Part shown: one piece after another, positions 55,245 through 64,000 of the stretch
How the letters are laid out: each line of letters begins with the position of its first letter
Position numbering within the stretch: the first letter of the stretch is position 1
Source of the DNA: Gemmatimonadota bacterium
Lineage (GTDB): Bacteria > Gemmatimonadota > Gemmatimonadetes > Gemmatimonadales > GWC2-71-9
Assembly (NCBI GenBank): GCA_040002895.1
Contig: JBDUDP010000001.1
Coordinates: 134,545-198,544, forward strand
Direction: 5' to 3'
DNA: 64,000 nucleotides
Position numbers and translations under genes: made by a program
Notes under the pieces: model-generated
Told to the model about the DNA's origin: nothing
The model's database searches: none
Seen by the model: the letters and a program-made list of their open reading frames with translations, nothing else

Positions 55245-55962
55245 TTCGCGCGCGCTCGTGGTGGTCCCGACCTACAACGAGTGCGAGAACCTGCCACAGA
55301 TCCTGCCGGCCATTCTCGCAACCGACGCGCGGCTGGATGTGCTGGTCGTGGACGATGGCTCGCCCGACGGCACCGGTCAGATCGCCGATACCATGGCGGC
55401 CACCGAGCCGCGTATTCACGTGCTCCACCGTTCCGCGAAGCTGGGACTCGGGAGGGCCTACCTCGCGGGCTTTGCATGGGCGCTTGCGCGAGACTATCCG
55501 CTGGTCATCGAGATGGACGCCGACTTCTCGCACGACCCCAAGTACCTGGTGGGCCTGCTCGAGAAGATCGAGGACGCCGACCTGGTGCTGGGGTCGCGCT
55601 ACGCGACCGGGGTCAATGTCATCAACTGGCCGATGTCGCGGCTGCTGCTCTCCTGGTTTGCCAACAAGTACGTCCGCTGGGTCACCGGCCTTCCGCTCAC
55701 CGATGCCACCGGCGGCTTCAAGTGCTTCCGGCGGGAGGTGCTCGAGTCGGTGCGGCTCGACCTGGTCCGCTCCAACGGCTACGCCTTCCAGGTCGAGATG
55801 TCGTTCCGGGCGTGGAAGCGGGGCTTCCGGCTGGTCGAGCTGCCGATCGTCTTCGTCGACCGGATGGAGGGGCAGAGCAAGATGAACCAGCGGATCGTGC
55901 GCGAGGCGGTCTGGATGGTCTGGTGGCTCCGCTTCCAGTCGATCTTCGGGCGGCTCGGATGA
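55234..55962 (+). CDS. Polyprenol monophosphomannose synthase (Ppm1/DPM1-like GT2)
   Basis: PTYNE, VDDGSPDGTG, KLGLGRAY, EMDADFSHDP, GYAFQVE. Confidence 0.9.
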   Translation: MTGDSRALVVVPTYNECENLPQILPAILATDARLDVLVVDDGSPDGTGQIADTMAATEPRIHVLHRSAKLGLGRAYLAGFAWALARDYPLVIEMDADFSHDPKYLVGLLEKIEDADLVLGSRYATGVNVINWPMSRLLLSWFANKYVRWVTGLPLTDATGGFKCFRREVLESVRLDLVRSNGYAFQVEMSFRAWKRGFRLVELPIVFVDRMEGQSKMNQRIVREAVWMVWWLRFQSIFGRLG

Positions 55963-56810
55963 GCGTCGTCTTCCACAAGGTCACCGGGTCGGGCAACGAC
56001 TTCGTGATGCTCGACGGACGATTCAATCGGGTGGAGGACTGGCCGGTGGCGCGGATCCAGGCCGTCTGCGACCGTCGGGACGGCGTCGGGGCCGACGGGC
56101 TCGTGCTGGTGACGCCGGAGCCCGAGCCGGACACGGTCCGGATGACCTTCTTCAACAGCGACGGGAGTCGGGCGGCGATGTGTGGCAACGCCGCGCTCTG
56201 CACCACCCGCTTCGCCGCGCGAATGGAGATGGCCGACTCGGCGGGGATGACCCTGCTGACCGACGCTGGGCGCTACCAGACCCGCTGCCTGGGGGAAGGG
56301 CATCTGGCGGAGGTGCACCTCAGCGACATGGCGATGCCGGTGGCGGTGCCGATCCCGACCGAGACCGGGGAGCGGGCCATCTTGTTCGGGACCGTGGGGG
56401 TGCCGCACCTGGTGACGCTGGTAGAGGACGTCGCCCAGGTCGACCTCGAGGTGCGCGGCCGAACGCTTCGAAACAATCCGGCGACTGGTCCCCAGGGGGC
56501 CAATGCCAACTTCATCAGCAGGACCTCACGTGATACTTCAGGTCGGACGTCCGAGGCTGGCGAGGCCGACTGGGCCATCCGGACCTTTGAGCGCGGGGTC
56601 GAGGGCGAGACGCTGGCGTGCGGCACCGGGACAGTGGCGGCGGCGTTAGCCCTGGCGGCCGTGGGCGAGGCGGAACTGCCGCTCAGGTTCCGCTCGGGGA
56701 GCGGTCGGCTGCTGACCGTCCGGGCCACGGTGGGGGAGGACGGGATGGCTCGGGACGTCTGGCTGTGTGGCGAAGGACGGCTGGTGGCGACAGGGGTGTG
56801 GGCTGGCTGA
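55959..56810 (+). CDS. dapF: Diaminopimelate epimerase
   Basis: GSGNDF, GADG, MCGN, GVPH, ERGVEGETLACGTG. Confidence 0.94.
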   Translation: MSVVFHKVTGSGNDFVMLDGRFNRVEDWPVARIQAVCDRRDGVGADGLVLVTPEPEPDTVRMTFFNSDGSRAAMCGNAALCTTRFAARMEMADSAGMTLLTDAGRYQTRCLGEGHLAEVHLSDMAMPVAVPIPTETGERAILFGTVGVPHLVTLVEDVAQVDLEVRGRTLRNNPATGPQGANANFISRTSRDTSGRTSEAGEADWAIRTFERGVEGETLACGTGTVAAALALAAVGEAELPLRFRSGSGRLLTVRATVGEDGMARDVWLCGEGRLVATGVWAG

Positions 56811-56815
56811 GGGGG

Positions 56816-56834
56816 TTATGCACAGTTGTCCACG
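56816..56834 (+). promoter_or_regulatory. Two tandem DnaA-box-like 9-mers
   Basis: TTATGCACA (56816-56824, fits TTWTNCACA) and TTGTCCACG (56826-56834, two mismatches to TTATCCACA). Confidence 0.45.
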
Positions 56835-56839
56835 CGCCA

Positions 56840-56867
56840 ACTTAACATAATACATCTTATACGTCAT
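56840..56867 (-). other. dif site (XerC/XerD chromosome dimer resolution)
   Basis: Minus strand reads ATGACGTATAA-GATGTA-TTATGTTAAGT, versus E. coli dif GGTGCGCATAA-TGTATA-TTATGTTAAAT (XerD arm 10/11). Intergenic, at a visible G-to-C skew switch. Confidence 0.88.
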
Positions 56868-57004
56868 ATAGCTATCAGCCCGATCAGTCCCCAGCCCGAA
56901 CCATCCTAACCACCTTGACACCAATATTTTACGGTTTTAGTCAACAAGCATGAATCGGTTTGTTGGCAATTTCAACCGCACCATTCCCAGGGACTCCATC
57001 GAAC

Positions 57005-59245
57005 ATGCCTTGTCTTCTCCTCGCCCTCCTCGTTCTGCTCGCCGCACCCACATCCGCCACCGCGCAGGCGTCGCTGGGCGGCCAGGTCGTCGATGTCGCC
57101 GGCCGGCCCATCGCCCACGCGGCCATCCGGCTTCCCGAGCTCCGCCGCTCCGCCACGACCGATGCCTCCGGCCGGTTTGTTCTCCCGGAGTTGCCCGCCG
57201 GTCGCTGGCAGCTCGGAATCACCGCCATTGGGTTTGCCCCAGCGTTGGTCGGGGTCCGCTCGCCTGTCGCCGCACCACTTCACGTGATACTTGAGGTCGC
57301 CTCGGTCGAGCTGCCGACGCTACTGGTCACCGCCGGCCTTGCCCCCATCAACCGGCTGGAGTCACCCTTCTCCACGGCCACGCTCGAGGCGGCCCAGCTG
57401 CGCCGGGACCAGAGCGTCGCCTTGGCCCGGGCGACCGAGGCACTCCCAGGGGTCCGCAGCGTGACCACCGGAGCCCAGATTGCCAAGCCGCTCATTCGCG
57501 GTCTCTCCGGTCAGCGGGTGCTGGTGCTCGATGGCGGCCACCGACTGGAGGATTACTCCTGGAGTGATGAAGACGGCCCTTCGGTGGATGCCCGCCTGGC
57601 CGCTCGGGTCGAGGTGATCCGCGGCCCGACCTCCCTGCTCTACGGATCGGATGCCCTCGGCGGCGTCGTCAATGTGATTCCGGAGGCGTTGCCGGAGGCC
57701 GGTCCCAGCGGTGAGGTGCGGCAACGCACGTTGCTGGAACTCTCCGCCGCGAGCAACAACGCCGAGACCGGGACCATGGTGCGCTACGAACGAGGCGCCG
57801 CGGCGTCCGGCCTCCGAGCCACGCTGGTCGGCCGACGGGCGGCGTCGCTCCACACGCCGGCCGGGGAGCTCGACAACACCGGCTTCCTCGCCATCAACGG
57901 CGAGGCCGCCTGGGGCATCCGGCGGGCGCGCGGCAATCTGATCGTCCGACTGTCGCACTATGGCGGCGAGTTCCGCCTGCTCGAGGCCGGCGGCCCACCG
58001 GCCATCCGCAGCACGCGCGAGGCAGAAGAAGGTCCGGTGCGGAAGGCGCGCGACGAGCGCCTGCAGGTCGATGCCATGCGCCTCGCCGGCGCGTGGCGAC
58101 TCGAGGCGCAGGGGCAGTTCCAGCAACATGCGTTGGTCGAGGTCTCCGATGATGCCAACCCCGCCGCCGGTGCCGGCAAGGAGACCGTGGCGTTCGATCT
58201 CCTGCTCAACACGGTGACGCTCGGCCTCAAGGGATTGCGAACCTTCGGTGAGCACCTGCACGCCGCGTTCGGCGTAAGTGGCCTGCGACAGGCCAACGCC
58301 TCGCGCGGTCCGATCGCGCTGGTGCCAGGCGGCACCACCACCAACGGCGCCGCCTTCGCCGTGGCCGAGGCGCGTCACGAGCAGTGGAGTGTGCTGGGAG
58401 GACTTCGTGTCGACGCCCGTTCAGTGGACGCCGACCCCAGCACGGGACTCGGCTTCGCCGGGGACAGCCGCCGCTATCAGGCCGTGAGCGGCGACCTCGG
58501 CGTGGTCTACCGTCCGCTCGAGGGACTCGCGCTCGCCCTCAATGCCGGTCGCGGCTGGCGCGCCCCGAATCTTTTCGAGCTCTACAGCAACGGCCCCAAG
58601 CTCAGCGAGGCGCGCTACGAGATTGGCGATGCCACCCTGCGCACTGAACGTGGCACGAACATCGAGGGCAGCGTGCGCTGGCAGAGTGCTGCGGTGCGCG
58701 GCGAGGTCACGGTGTTCCGGAACCAGATCGATCGCTACACCTACATCGCGCCGACTGGCCAGTCGATTTCCGGTCTGCCGGTCTATCGCCATCGGCAGAC
58801 CGACGCACGACTCACCGGCGGCGAGGCCTCGATCGAGGTCGACGTGATGACCGCATGGACGGTGAACGCCCGGGTCGACGGCGTCCGCGCCACCGATCGG
58901 GCCACCGGCTCCCCGCTGCCGCTCACGCCTCCGGTCCGCACGGTGGTCGGTGCCGAATGGCACCATCGTGCGACGCGTTGGGGTGGCCGGACGCACGCCG
59001 GCATCGAGCTGGTGGGTGTGGCCCGTCAACGTCGACTCGCCGCGCTCGATCAAGCAACCGGCGGCTATACCCTGCTCGACCTCAGCGCAGGCTTCGATCG
59101 CAGCGTGCTGGGACGTGCCCTCGCGATCGAGGTGGCGATTCACAATGCCACCAACGTCTCGTATCGTGATTTCCTGTCGCGGTACAAGGCGTTCGCGCTG
59201 AACCCCGGGCGGAACATCGTCGTGCGAGTGGCCACCGACCTCTGA
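57005..59245 (+). CDS. TonB-dependent receptor
   Basis: Signal peptide, carboxypeptidase-regulatory-like N-domain, plug motifs KPLIRGL and RVEVIRGPTSLLYGSDALGGVVN, RAPNLFEL, C-terminal NPGRN. Confidence 0.92.
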   Translation: MPCLLLALLVLLAAPTSATAQASLGGQVVDVAGRPIAHAAIRLPELRRSATTDASGRFVLPELPAGRWQLGITAIGFAPALVGVRSPVAAPLHVILEVASVELPTLLVTAGLAPINRLESPFSTATLEAAQLRRDQSVALARATEALPGVRSVTTGAQIAKPLIRGLSGQRVLVLDGGHRLEDYSWSDEDGPSVDARLAARVEVIRGPTSLLYGSDALGGVVNVIPEALPEAGPSGEVRQRTLLELSAASNNAETGTMVRYERGAAASGLRATLVGRRAASLHTPAGELDNTGFLAINGEAAWGIRRARGNLIVRLSHYGGEFRLLEAGGPPAIRSTREAEEGPVRKARDERLQVDAMRLAGAWRLEAQGQFQQHALVEVSDDANPAAGAGKETVAFDLLLNTVTLGLKGLRTFGEHLHAAFGVSGLRQANASRGPIALVPGGTTTNGAAFAVAEARHEQWSVLGGLRVDARSVDADPSTGLGFAGDSRRYQAVSGDLGVVYRPLEGLALALNAGRGWRAPNLFELYSNGPKLSEARYEIGDATLRTERGTNIEGSVRWQSAAVRGEVTVFRNQIDRYTYIAPTGQSISGLPVYRHRQTDARLTGGEASIEVDVMTAWTVNARVDGVRATDRATGSPLPLTPPVRTVVGAEWHHRATRWGGRTHAGIELVGVARQRRLAALDQATGGYTLLDLSAGFDRSVLGRALAIEVAIHNATNVSYRDFLSRYKAFALNPGRNIVVRVATDL

Positions 59246-59263
59246 CCCGTTCCACTGCCGTGC

Positions 59264-59303
59264 AAAAACGAAGGGCCCGATCCATCGCAGATCGGGCCCC
59301 TCG
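59264..59303 (-). terminator. Rho-independent terminator
   Basis: Stem cgaagggcccgatc / gatcgggcccctcg with a 7-nt loop. A-tract at 59264-59268 gives a U-tail on the minus strand; between convergent genes. Confidence 0.8.
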
Positions 59304-59325
59304 TGCGTGCGGTCGGGACTGCGTG

Positions 59326-59988
59326 CTAGCCTTGCATCGCAGTCAACTCGGCCAGGCGGATCTGGGCCTCGGTCTTGGCGGACGTCTCGGCGTACTTGGT
59401 GACCAGCTCACGGTAGACCGCGGCCGCCTCGTCCTTCTTGCCGGCGAGCCGCAGCGCGCGGCCCTGATCGAGCAGCGCCGTGGCCTTGAGGTAGTCGAGT
59501 GGCGCCAGATCAGCCGCCTTGCGGTAGGCCGCGGCAGCCTCGGCGAACTTGGCCGTGTTCTCGAACGCCGTGCCGAGGAGGCCATTGGCGGGCGAGGCGT
59601 AGGTGGCGGGCGGGTTGGTCTTCAGGAAATCCTGCAGCCCGACGATCGCGAGTTCATTCTGGCCATTGACCAACCGCGCCTGTGCGATGCCCAGCGTCGC
59701 GTCAAACGCGGCGGACGTGCCGGAGTAAGTCGTGGAGACCTTGTTGAACTGTTCCACCGCCCCGGCGAGGTTACCCTGCTCGGCCTGGGAACGGCCCAAC
59801 TCCAGTTCCCTCGCGGCAAAGGCTTCCTTGCGCTTCCCGGCCGTGATGGCAAACCAGGCCACCAGCGCCACCACGAGCAGCGCGGCGCCCGCGATGCCGA
59901 ACTGGCGGATGCGTTGGGGAGTGAAATAGGGGGTCGAGCCCCCGCTGGCTGCTGCGGTCGTCGGATCGGATTCCACGGTCGTTGCCAT
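59326..59988 (-). CDS. YfgM-like membrane-anchored TPR protein
   Basis: N-terminal TM followed by Ala-rich TPR-like helical repeats. Confidence 0.7.
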   Translation of the reverse strand: MATTVESDPTTAAASGGSTPYFTPQRIRQFGIAGAALLVVALVAWFAITAGKRKEAFAARELELGRSQAEQGNLAGAVEQFNKVSTTYSGTSAAFDATLGIAQARLVNGQNELAIVGLQDFLKTNPPATYASPANGLLGTAFENTAKFAEAAAAYRKAADLAPLDYLKATALLDQGRALRLAGKKDEAAAVYRELVTKYAETSAKTEAQIRLAELTAMQG

Positions 59989-60172
59989 GCTGCCTGTCGT
60001 GAGAAGGAACTGCCATGCCCAACATGGGCAGACACAGCCTCATAAAATGGCAGGATGTGCCCGCCGACGCCAGACCGGAGGCGCATCCCCGCTGCCCGTC
60101 GCTTGCCCGGATCCCCCGAAATCGGCACATTCGGCGGTCCCCACCTGATCCACACCCGTCCCCAGGAACGCC

Positions 60173-62596
60173 ATGTCGCGCATCCCGGCTGCTGCCCTCT
60201 ACCTCGCCCTGCTCCCCGCCGCCCTCGCCGCCCAGCAGCCTCCCCCAGCCACGCCGGGCACGAGCATCTCGGCCCGCACGGCGGGAATGCTTCACCGCGA
60301 TGGCTTCATCCCGCTCAACGTGAACGAGTCCACTGGGGCGATCCTTCTGGAGCTCCCCAAGGGTGGCCTCCGGGGGCTGATGTACGGCACGCTCGCCACC
60401 GGGCTCGGCTCCAATCCGATCGGCCTCGACCGCGGGGCCAACGGCGCCTCGTACGTGGTCCGGTTCGAGCGAGCGGGCAACGTGGTCCAGGTGATTTTCG
60501 AGAACTGGAACTATCGCTCCAGCGGGGATTCCCTCCACCTGCGCACCGTGCTCGAGGCGTTTCCGCCCACGACCAGCGCGGCGTTGCCAATTCTTGCCGA
60601 AGAGGGCGACCGGCTCCTGGTGGATGCCACGGAGTTTGTGCTGCGGGATTGGAACGACGTCACGGGCACGCTGCAGCGCAGCGGCGAGGGCAGCTACACC
60701 GTGGCCAAGGATCGTTCGCGCGTCTACGCACCGTTGACCAAGGCCTTCCCCGGCAACAGCGAAATCGATGTCGCCCTCACCTTTGCTACGACCGGGGCAC
60801 CGGGGCGAACCGTGGAGAGCATCGTGCCCGACGGACGGGCGTTCACCCTGCGGCAACACCTCTCCTTCCTCTCGTTGCCCGATGACTCGTATCGTCCGCG
60901 GGTCTACGACCCTCGAGTCGGCTTCTTCACGATGCAGTTCAAGGACTATTTCCAGCCCATCCAGAGTGATCTCACGCAACGCTGGGTCGCGCGCCACCGG
61001 CTCGAGCGAGCGAACCCCGACGATCCCGCCTCACCGATTGTGCGACCGTTGGTCTACTACCTCGATCCCGGCATCCCGGAGCCGGTCCGCACCGCGATGT
61101 GGGAAGGGGCCAAGTGGTGGGAGGAGGCATTCAACCAGGCGGGCCTGCATGGGGGCTTTCGCGTGGAGTGGCTCCCTGCCGGCGCCGACCCGATGGATGC
61201 CCGCTACAACGTGGTGCAATGGGAGAATCGCAACGAGCGGGGCTGGAGCATCGGCGGGGCCGTCGGTGACCCGCGCAGCGGCGAGATGATCAAGGGGATG
61301 GCGCGGCTCGACTCGCATCGTGCCCGGACTGATTACACCATCTATGCCGCGCTGATGGGCGCTGATGCGTCGCCCGCGGACACCGCGTTCGTCCTTGCGC
61401 GTGTGCGCCAGGTCACCGCGCACGAGATCGGGCATACGCTCGGATTGGCGCACAACTATATCGCGTCGACTGACGAGCGGGCCTCCGTCATGGACTACCC
61501 TGCCCCACGGGTCCGGGTGCGCGATGGACGCATCGACCTCTCGCAGGCATACGCGCGAGGTCCCGGCGCGTATGACGTCTGGGCGATCCATTGGGGCTAC
61601 GGCATCTTCCCGCGCGCGCGCGAGGCGGACTCGCTGCGCGCCATCGTGGCCGACGGGCTGCGCCGCGGCTTTCTCTATCTCTCCGATGGTGATGCGCGGC
61701 CCGAATCGGCGAGCGATCCGCGGGTCAACCTCTGGGACGACGGATCGACGGCCGGCGAGTTCCTTCGGCATCAACGTGAGGTGCGACGGATCGCGCTGGA
61801 TCGCTTCGGGCTCGCGAACATCCGCACCGGCGAGCCGGTGGCCACCCTGCAGGAACGCTTCGTCGTGCTCTACTTCTGGGAGCGCTTTGCCATCGCATCG
61901 GTCGCCAAGACACTGGGCGGACTCGAATATCAGTTCGCCGTGAAGGGTGATGGCCAGCAGGCCTCGCGGCCCGTGAGCGCGGTCCGTCAGCGGGCGGCCC
62001 TTGCCCAGCTGCTCGCGACCCTGGAGCCGGCTGAACTGGAGATCTCCGACACCATCATGACGTTGCTCGCACCCCGGCCACCGGGATGGCCGGAGAATGT
62101 TGAGCTGTTCCGCTCGCGGACCCGCCCGTCCTTCGACGCACTCGGTGCCGCGCGCACCTTGGCCCAGGTGACGGTGGATGCTGTCCTCCAGCGAGAGCGA
62201 GCGGCGAGGCTCTATGCCGCGGGCATTCATGACAGCGGGGCGTTGTCGCTTGGTGAGGTAATCGATCGCCTCCTCGCCCTCCCCGTCTCGACGCGGTCAG
62301 CGAGTGCGGCCGCCATCGCACGTGGCACGCAGCGCGCGGTGGTGGATCGATTGCTGCAGCTCGCGGCGGACAAGGATGCGAGCCAGGAAGTGCGCGATCT
62401 CGTCGAACTCAAACTCGATGGATTCGCGCGCCGCGCAACCGCCCAGGCGAAGCTGCCGGGCAGTGACGAGGCCACGGCCCACTGGCGGTCCGTCGCGGCC
62501 GATATTGGTCGCTGGTTGGCACGGCGGGAATTGCCCACGCCCTCCGCCGTGCTGCGCGCCCCTCCGGGTGATCCCTTCGGTGCAGAGGACTGGTAG
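60173..62596 (+). CDS. Secreted zinc-dependent metalloprotease (metzincin; DUF5117/DUF4953-type)
   Basis: Signal peptide, DPRVGFF, DPRSGE, HEIGHTLGLAHN zinc motif, Met-turn SVMDY, GAYDVWAI.WGY. Confidence 0.88.
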   Translation: MSRIPAAALYLALLPAALAAQQPPPATPGTSISARTAGMLHRDGFIPLNVNESTGAILLELPKGGLRGLMYGTLATGLGSNPIGLDRGANGASYVVRFERAGNVVQVIFENWNYRSSGDSLHLRTVLEAFPPTTSAALPILAEEGDRLLVDATEFVLRDWNDVTGTLQRSGEGSYTVAKDRSRVYAPLTKAFPGNSEIDVALTFATTGAPGRTVESIVPDGRAFTLRQHLSFLSLPDDSYRPRVYDPRVGFFTMQFKDYFQPIQSDLTQRWVARHRLERANPDDPASPIVRPLVYYLDPGIPEPVRTAMWEGAKWWEEAFNQAGLHGGFRVEWLPAGADPMDARYNVVQWENRNERGWSIGGAVGDPRSGEMIKGMARLDSHRARTDYTIYAALMGADASPADTAFVLARVRQVTAHEIGHTLGLAHNYIASTDERASVMDYPAPRVRVRDGRIDLSQAYARGPGAYDVWAIHWGYGIFPRAREADSLRAIVADGLRRGFLYLSDGDARPESASDPRVNLWDDGSTAGEFLRHQREVRRIALDRFGLANIRTGEPVATLQERFVVLYFWERFAIASVAKTLGGLEYQFAVKGDGQQASRPVSAVRQRAALAQLLATLEPAELEISDTIMTLLAPRPPGWPENVELFRSRTRPSFDALGAARTLAQVTVDAVLQRERAARLYAAGIHDSGALSLGEVIDRLLALPVSTRSASAAAIARGTQRAVVDRLLQLAADKDASQEVRDLVELKLDGFARRATAQAKLPGSDEATAHWRSVAADIGRWLARRELPTPSAVLRAPPGDPFGAEDW

Positions 62597-62601
62597 CGGA
62601 G

Positions 62602-63150
62602 TCAGTGGTCGGCGTAGACCAACGGCACGTCCTCGGACCAGAGTTCCTGGCGGGCTCTGCGAACCACCAGACGTAGGCGTGGGTGTGGCGATCGGGCGGC
62701 CAGCTGCAGCCAGCGGAAATCGGCGATGCCGATCTCGACGCGTCCCTCCGCATCGCGAACCCAGCCGCGGGCTGGGCGTCCACAGGCCAGGGTGATGTCG
62801 TCTCGGACGCATCGGCGCAGGTCGCCCAGCCGATAGGCATCGGCCACCGTCTCGACGCGCGGCAGCAGGAGTGCCCGGTCGGGCGGAACCACCAGCGCCG
62901 CCACCAGCACCTCGCGGTCGCCCACAAGGATGACGCGCCACTCGTACCCCGAGAAGGCGTCGCCCACGATCGTGTCTCGTGAAATTCGATCGGGCGAAAA
63001 GTCGCGGGGGAAGACGACCATGATGCCGCTGGCATCCCAGGTCGCTGTGGCGGTGGGCAGTTGCCCTGCACCCGGGTCCGCGGACGCGAGCGTGCACGCG
63101 AACGCGGCAATCAGCGCCCGGAACGGCGGGGCGTGCCATGGGCACAGCAT
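62602..63150 (-). CDS. Hypothetical, probably secreted protein
   Basis: ATG lies 1 bp downstream of the dioxygenase stop. Hydrophobic N-terminus; fills the gap up to the convergent protease. Confidence 0.5.
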   Translation of the reverse strand: MLCPWHAPPFRALIAAFACTLASADPGAGQLPTATATWDASGIMVVFPRDFSPDRISRDTIVGDAFSGYEWRVILVGDREVLVAALVVPPDRALLLPRVETVADAYRLGDLRRCVRDDITLACGRPARGWVRDAEGRVEIGIADFRWLQLAARSPHPRLRLVVRRARQELWSEDVPLVYADH

Positions 63151-63151
63151 G

Positions 63152-63886
63152 TCAGGGCAGCGCGAGGGCGATATCGAAGAGCGCCGCATACCCGCCGCCA
63201 CGTCGCGTGGTATTCAGCACCAACCGGTCGCCTTGCTGCTCGCGAAAGATGTCGTCGGAGGCGTTGGGCAGCCGCCCCTTCCCTTGCTGTGCGTACGGCG
63301 CCTTGGCATGCACTCGGTCGGAGAGTGTGTCGTTGAAATAGAGCTGGGAGGTGAAGTCCGAGTGTCCACCAGCGGCGGTGGCATGTCGGATCTTGAAGTG
63401 GATGTGGACCGCACGTCCTGAGTACCACCCTGGATAGATGGTGGTGAATCGCGCACTGCCCGCGCCGTTGGTGCGTTGGAAGCCCCGCAGGAACTGCTTG
63501 CCCCGCGCATCGAATCCGGCGCGCGGATCGACTTCGTCGGAGTACACGCCGAGGGCGTCGCAATGCCAGATATCCACGTCGGCGCCGACCAATGCGGCGC
63601 AGTGGCCACGTGAGAGTGCGGAGACGCGAAAGGTGAGCAGCAGCGGAACGCCCGCGGACACGACGCGGGTGGTGGGATCACGCCGGATGTCGGAGCGGTT
63701 CAACCGCTCATCGACAAAGTAGGGACCCTCTTCCTGCGCTGGTCGCACCACGCAGGGACCGATTTCGGTGAGGCCGGGTGGCGTGGGGGTGCCGGAGAAC
63801 AATGCGAAGCCGGCCGCACCGAGAGTCCCGAGTGCCTCCCGCCGTGAAAGCAGGGTTCCGATCTGGGCATCGTCGTTCGTCGACAT
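63152..63886 (-). CDS. Intradiol ring-cleavage dioxygenase-like protein with twin-arginine leader
   Basis: EGPYF, VDIWHCDALGVY, YPGWYSGRAVHIH (Tyr/Tyr/His/His iron ligands), SRREAL leader, GGAGG RBS. Confidence 0.85.
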   Translation of the reverse strand: MSTNDDAQIGTLLSRREALGTLGAAGFALFSGTPTPPGLTEIGPCVVRPAQEEGPYFVDERLNRSDIRRDPTTRVVSAGVPLLLTFRVSALSRGHCAALVGADVDIWHCDALGVYSDEVDPRAGFDARGKQFLRGFQRTNGAGSARFTTIYPGWYSGRAVHIHFKIRHATAAGGHSDFTSQLYFNDTLSDRVHAKAPYAQQGKGRLPNASDDIFREQQGDRLVLNTTRRGGGYAALFDIALALP

Positions 63887-64000
63887 GTGGGGCACCTCCG
63901 ATGCTGGAGCGTTGAGTCTACCCCACGGGCATCATCAGGCACAACGCAGGTGATCAATCGAGCAGGCGGTCGTCTCCCGCGGACTCGCCCAGTCGACACT

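Noticed and set aside
56811-57004. oriC (AT-rich region with DnaA boxes)
   Set aside because: Only two boxes, no dnaA/dnaN nearby, a dif site is present, and the G-rich to C-rich switch on + is terminus-type.

Overview
High-GC bacterial chromosome segment; gene order and protein style suggest Gemmatimonadota (inference, not verified). Most of it is housekeeping on the + strand: nuoA-N (complex I), pmm/pgm, a UPF0182-like protein, sucCD-ndk, yceD-rpmF-plsX-fabHDG-acpP-fabF, a CHASE hybrid kinase, mqnEAC-ispF-dedA-xerD-trpG/pabA, and a roughly 17-kb envelope operon (kdsB-pyrG-kdsACD-lptC-lptA-like-lptB-rpoN-glycosylation cassette-dapF). That operon ends at a clear dif site (56840-56867), flanked by DnaA-box-like 9-mers and a G-to-C skew switch, which marks the probable replication terminus. 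The best novelty candidate is at the left end. A membrane-anchored TIR protein with two tandem 114-aa external domains lies head-to-head with a SLOG + four-TM (SLATT-like) protein, a possible Thoeris-like receptor/second-messenger/membrane-effector system. Also notable are a Rex-type operator before nuoA, recurrent TTGAnn-N17/18-TAGnTT promoters with apparent leaderless starts, an MqnE with a CX5CX2C motif, and a heptamer-built inverted repeat. All calls are by eye, with no database searches.
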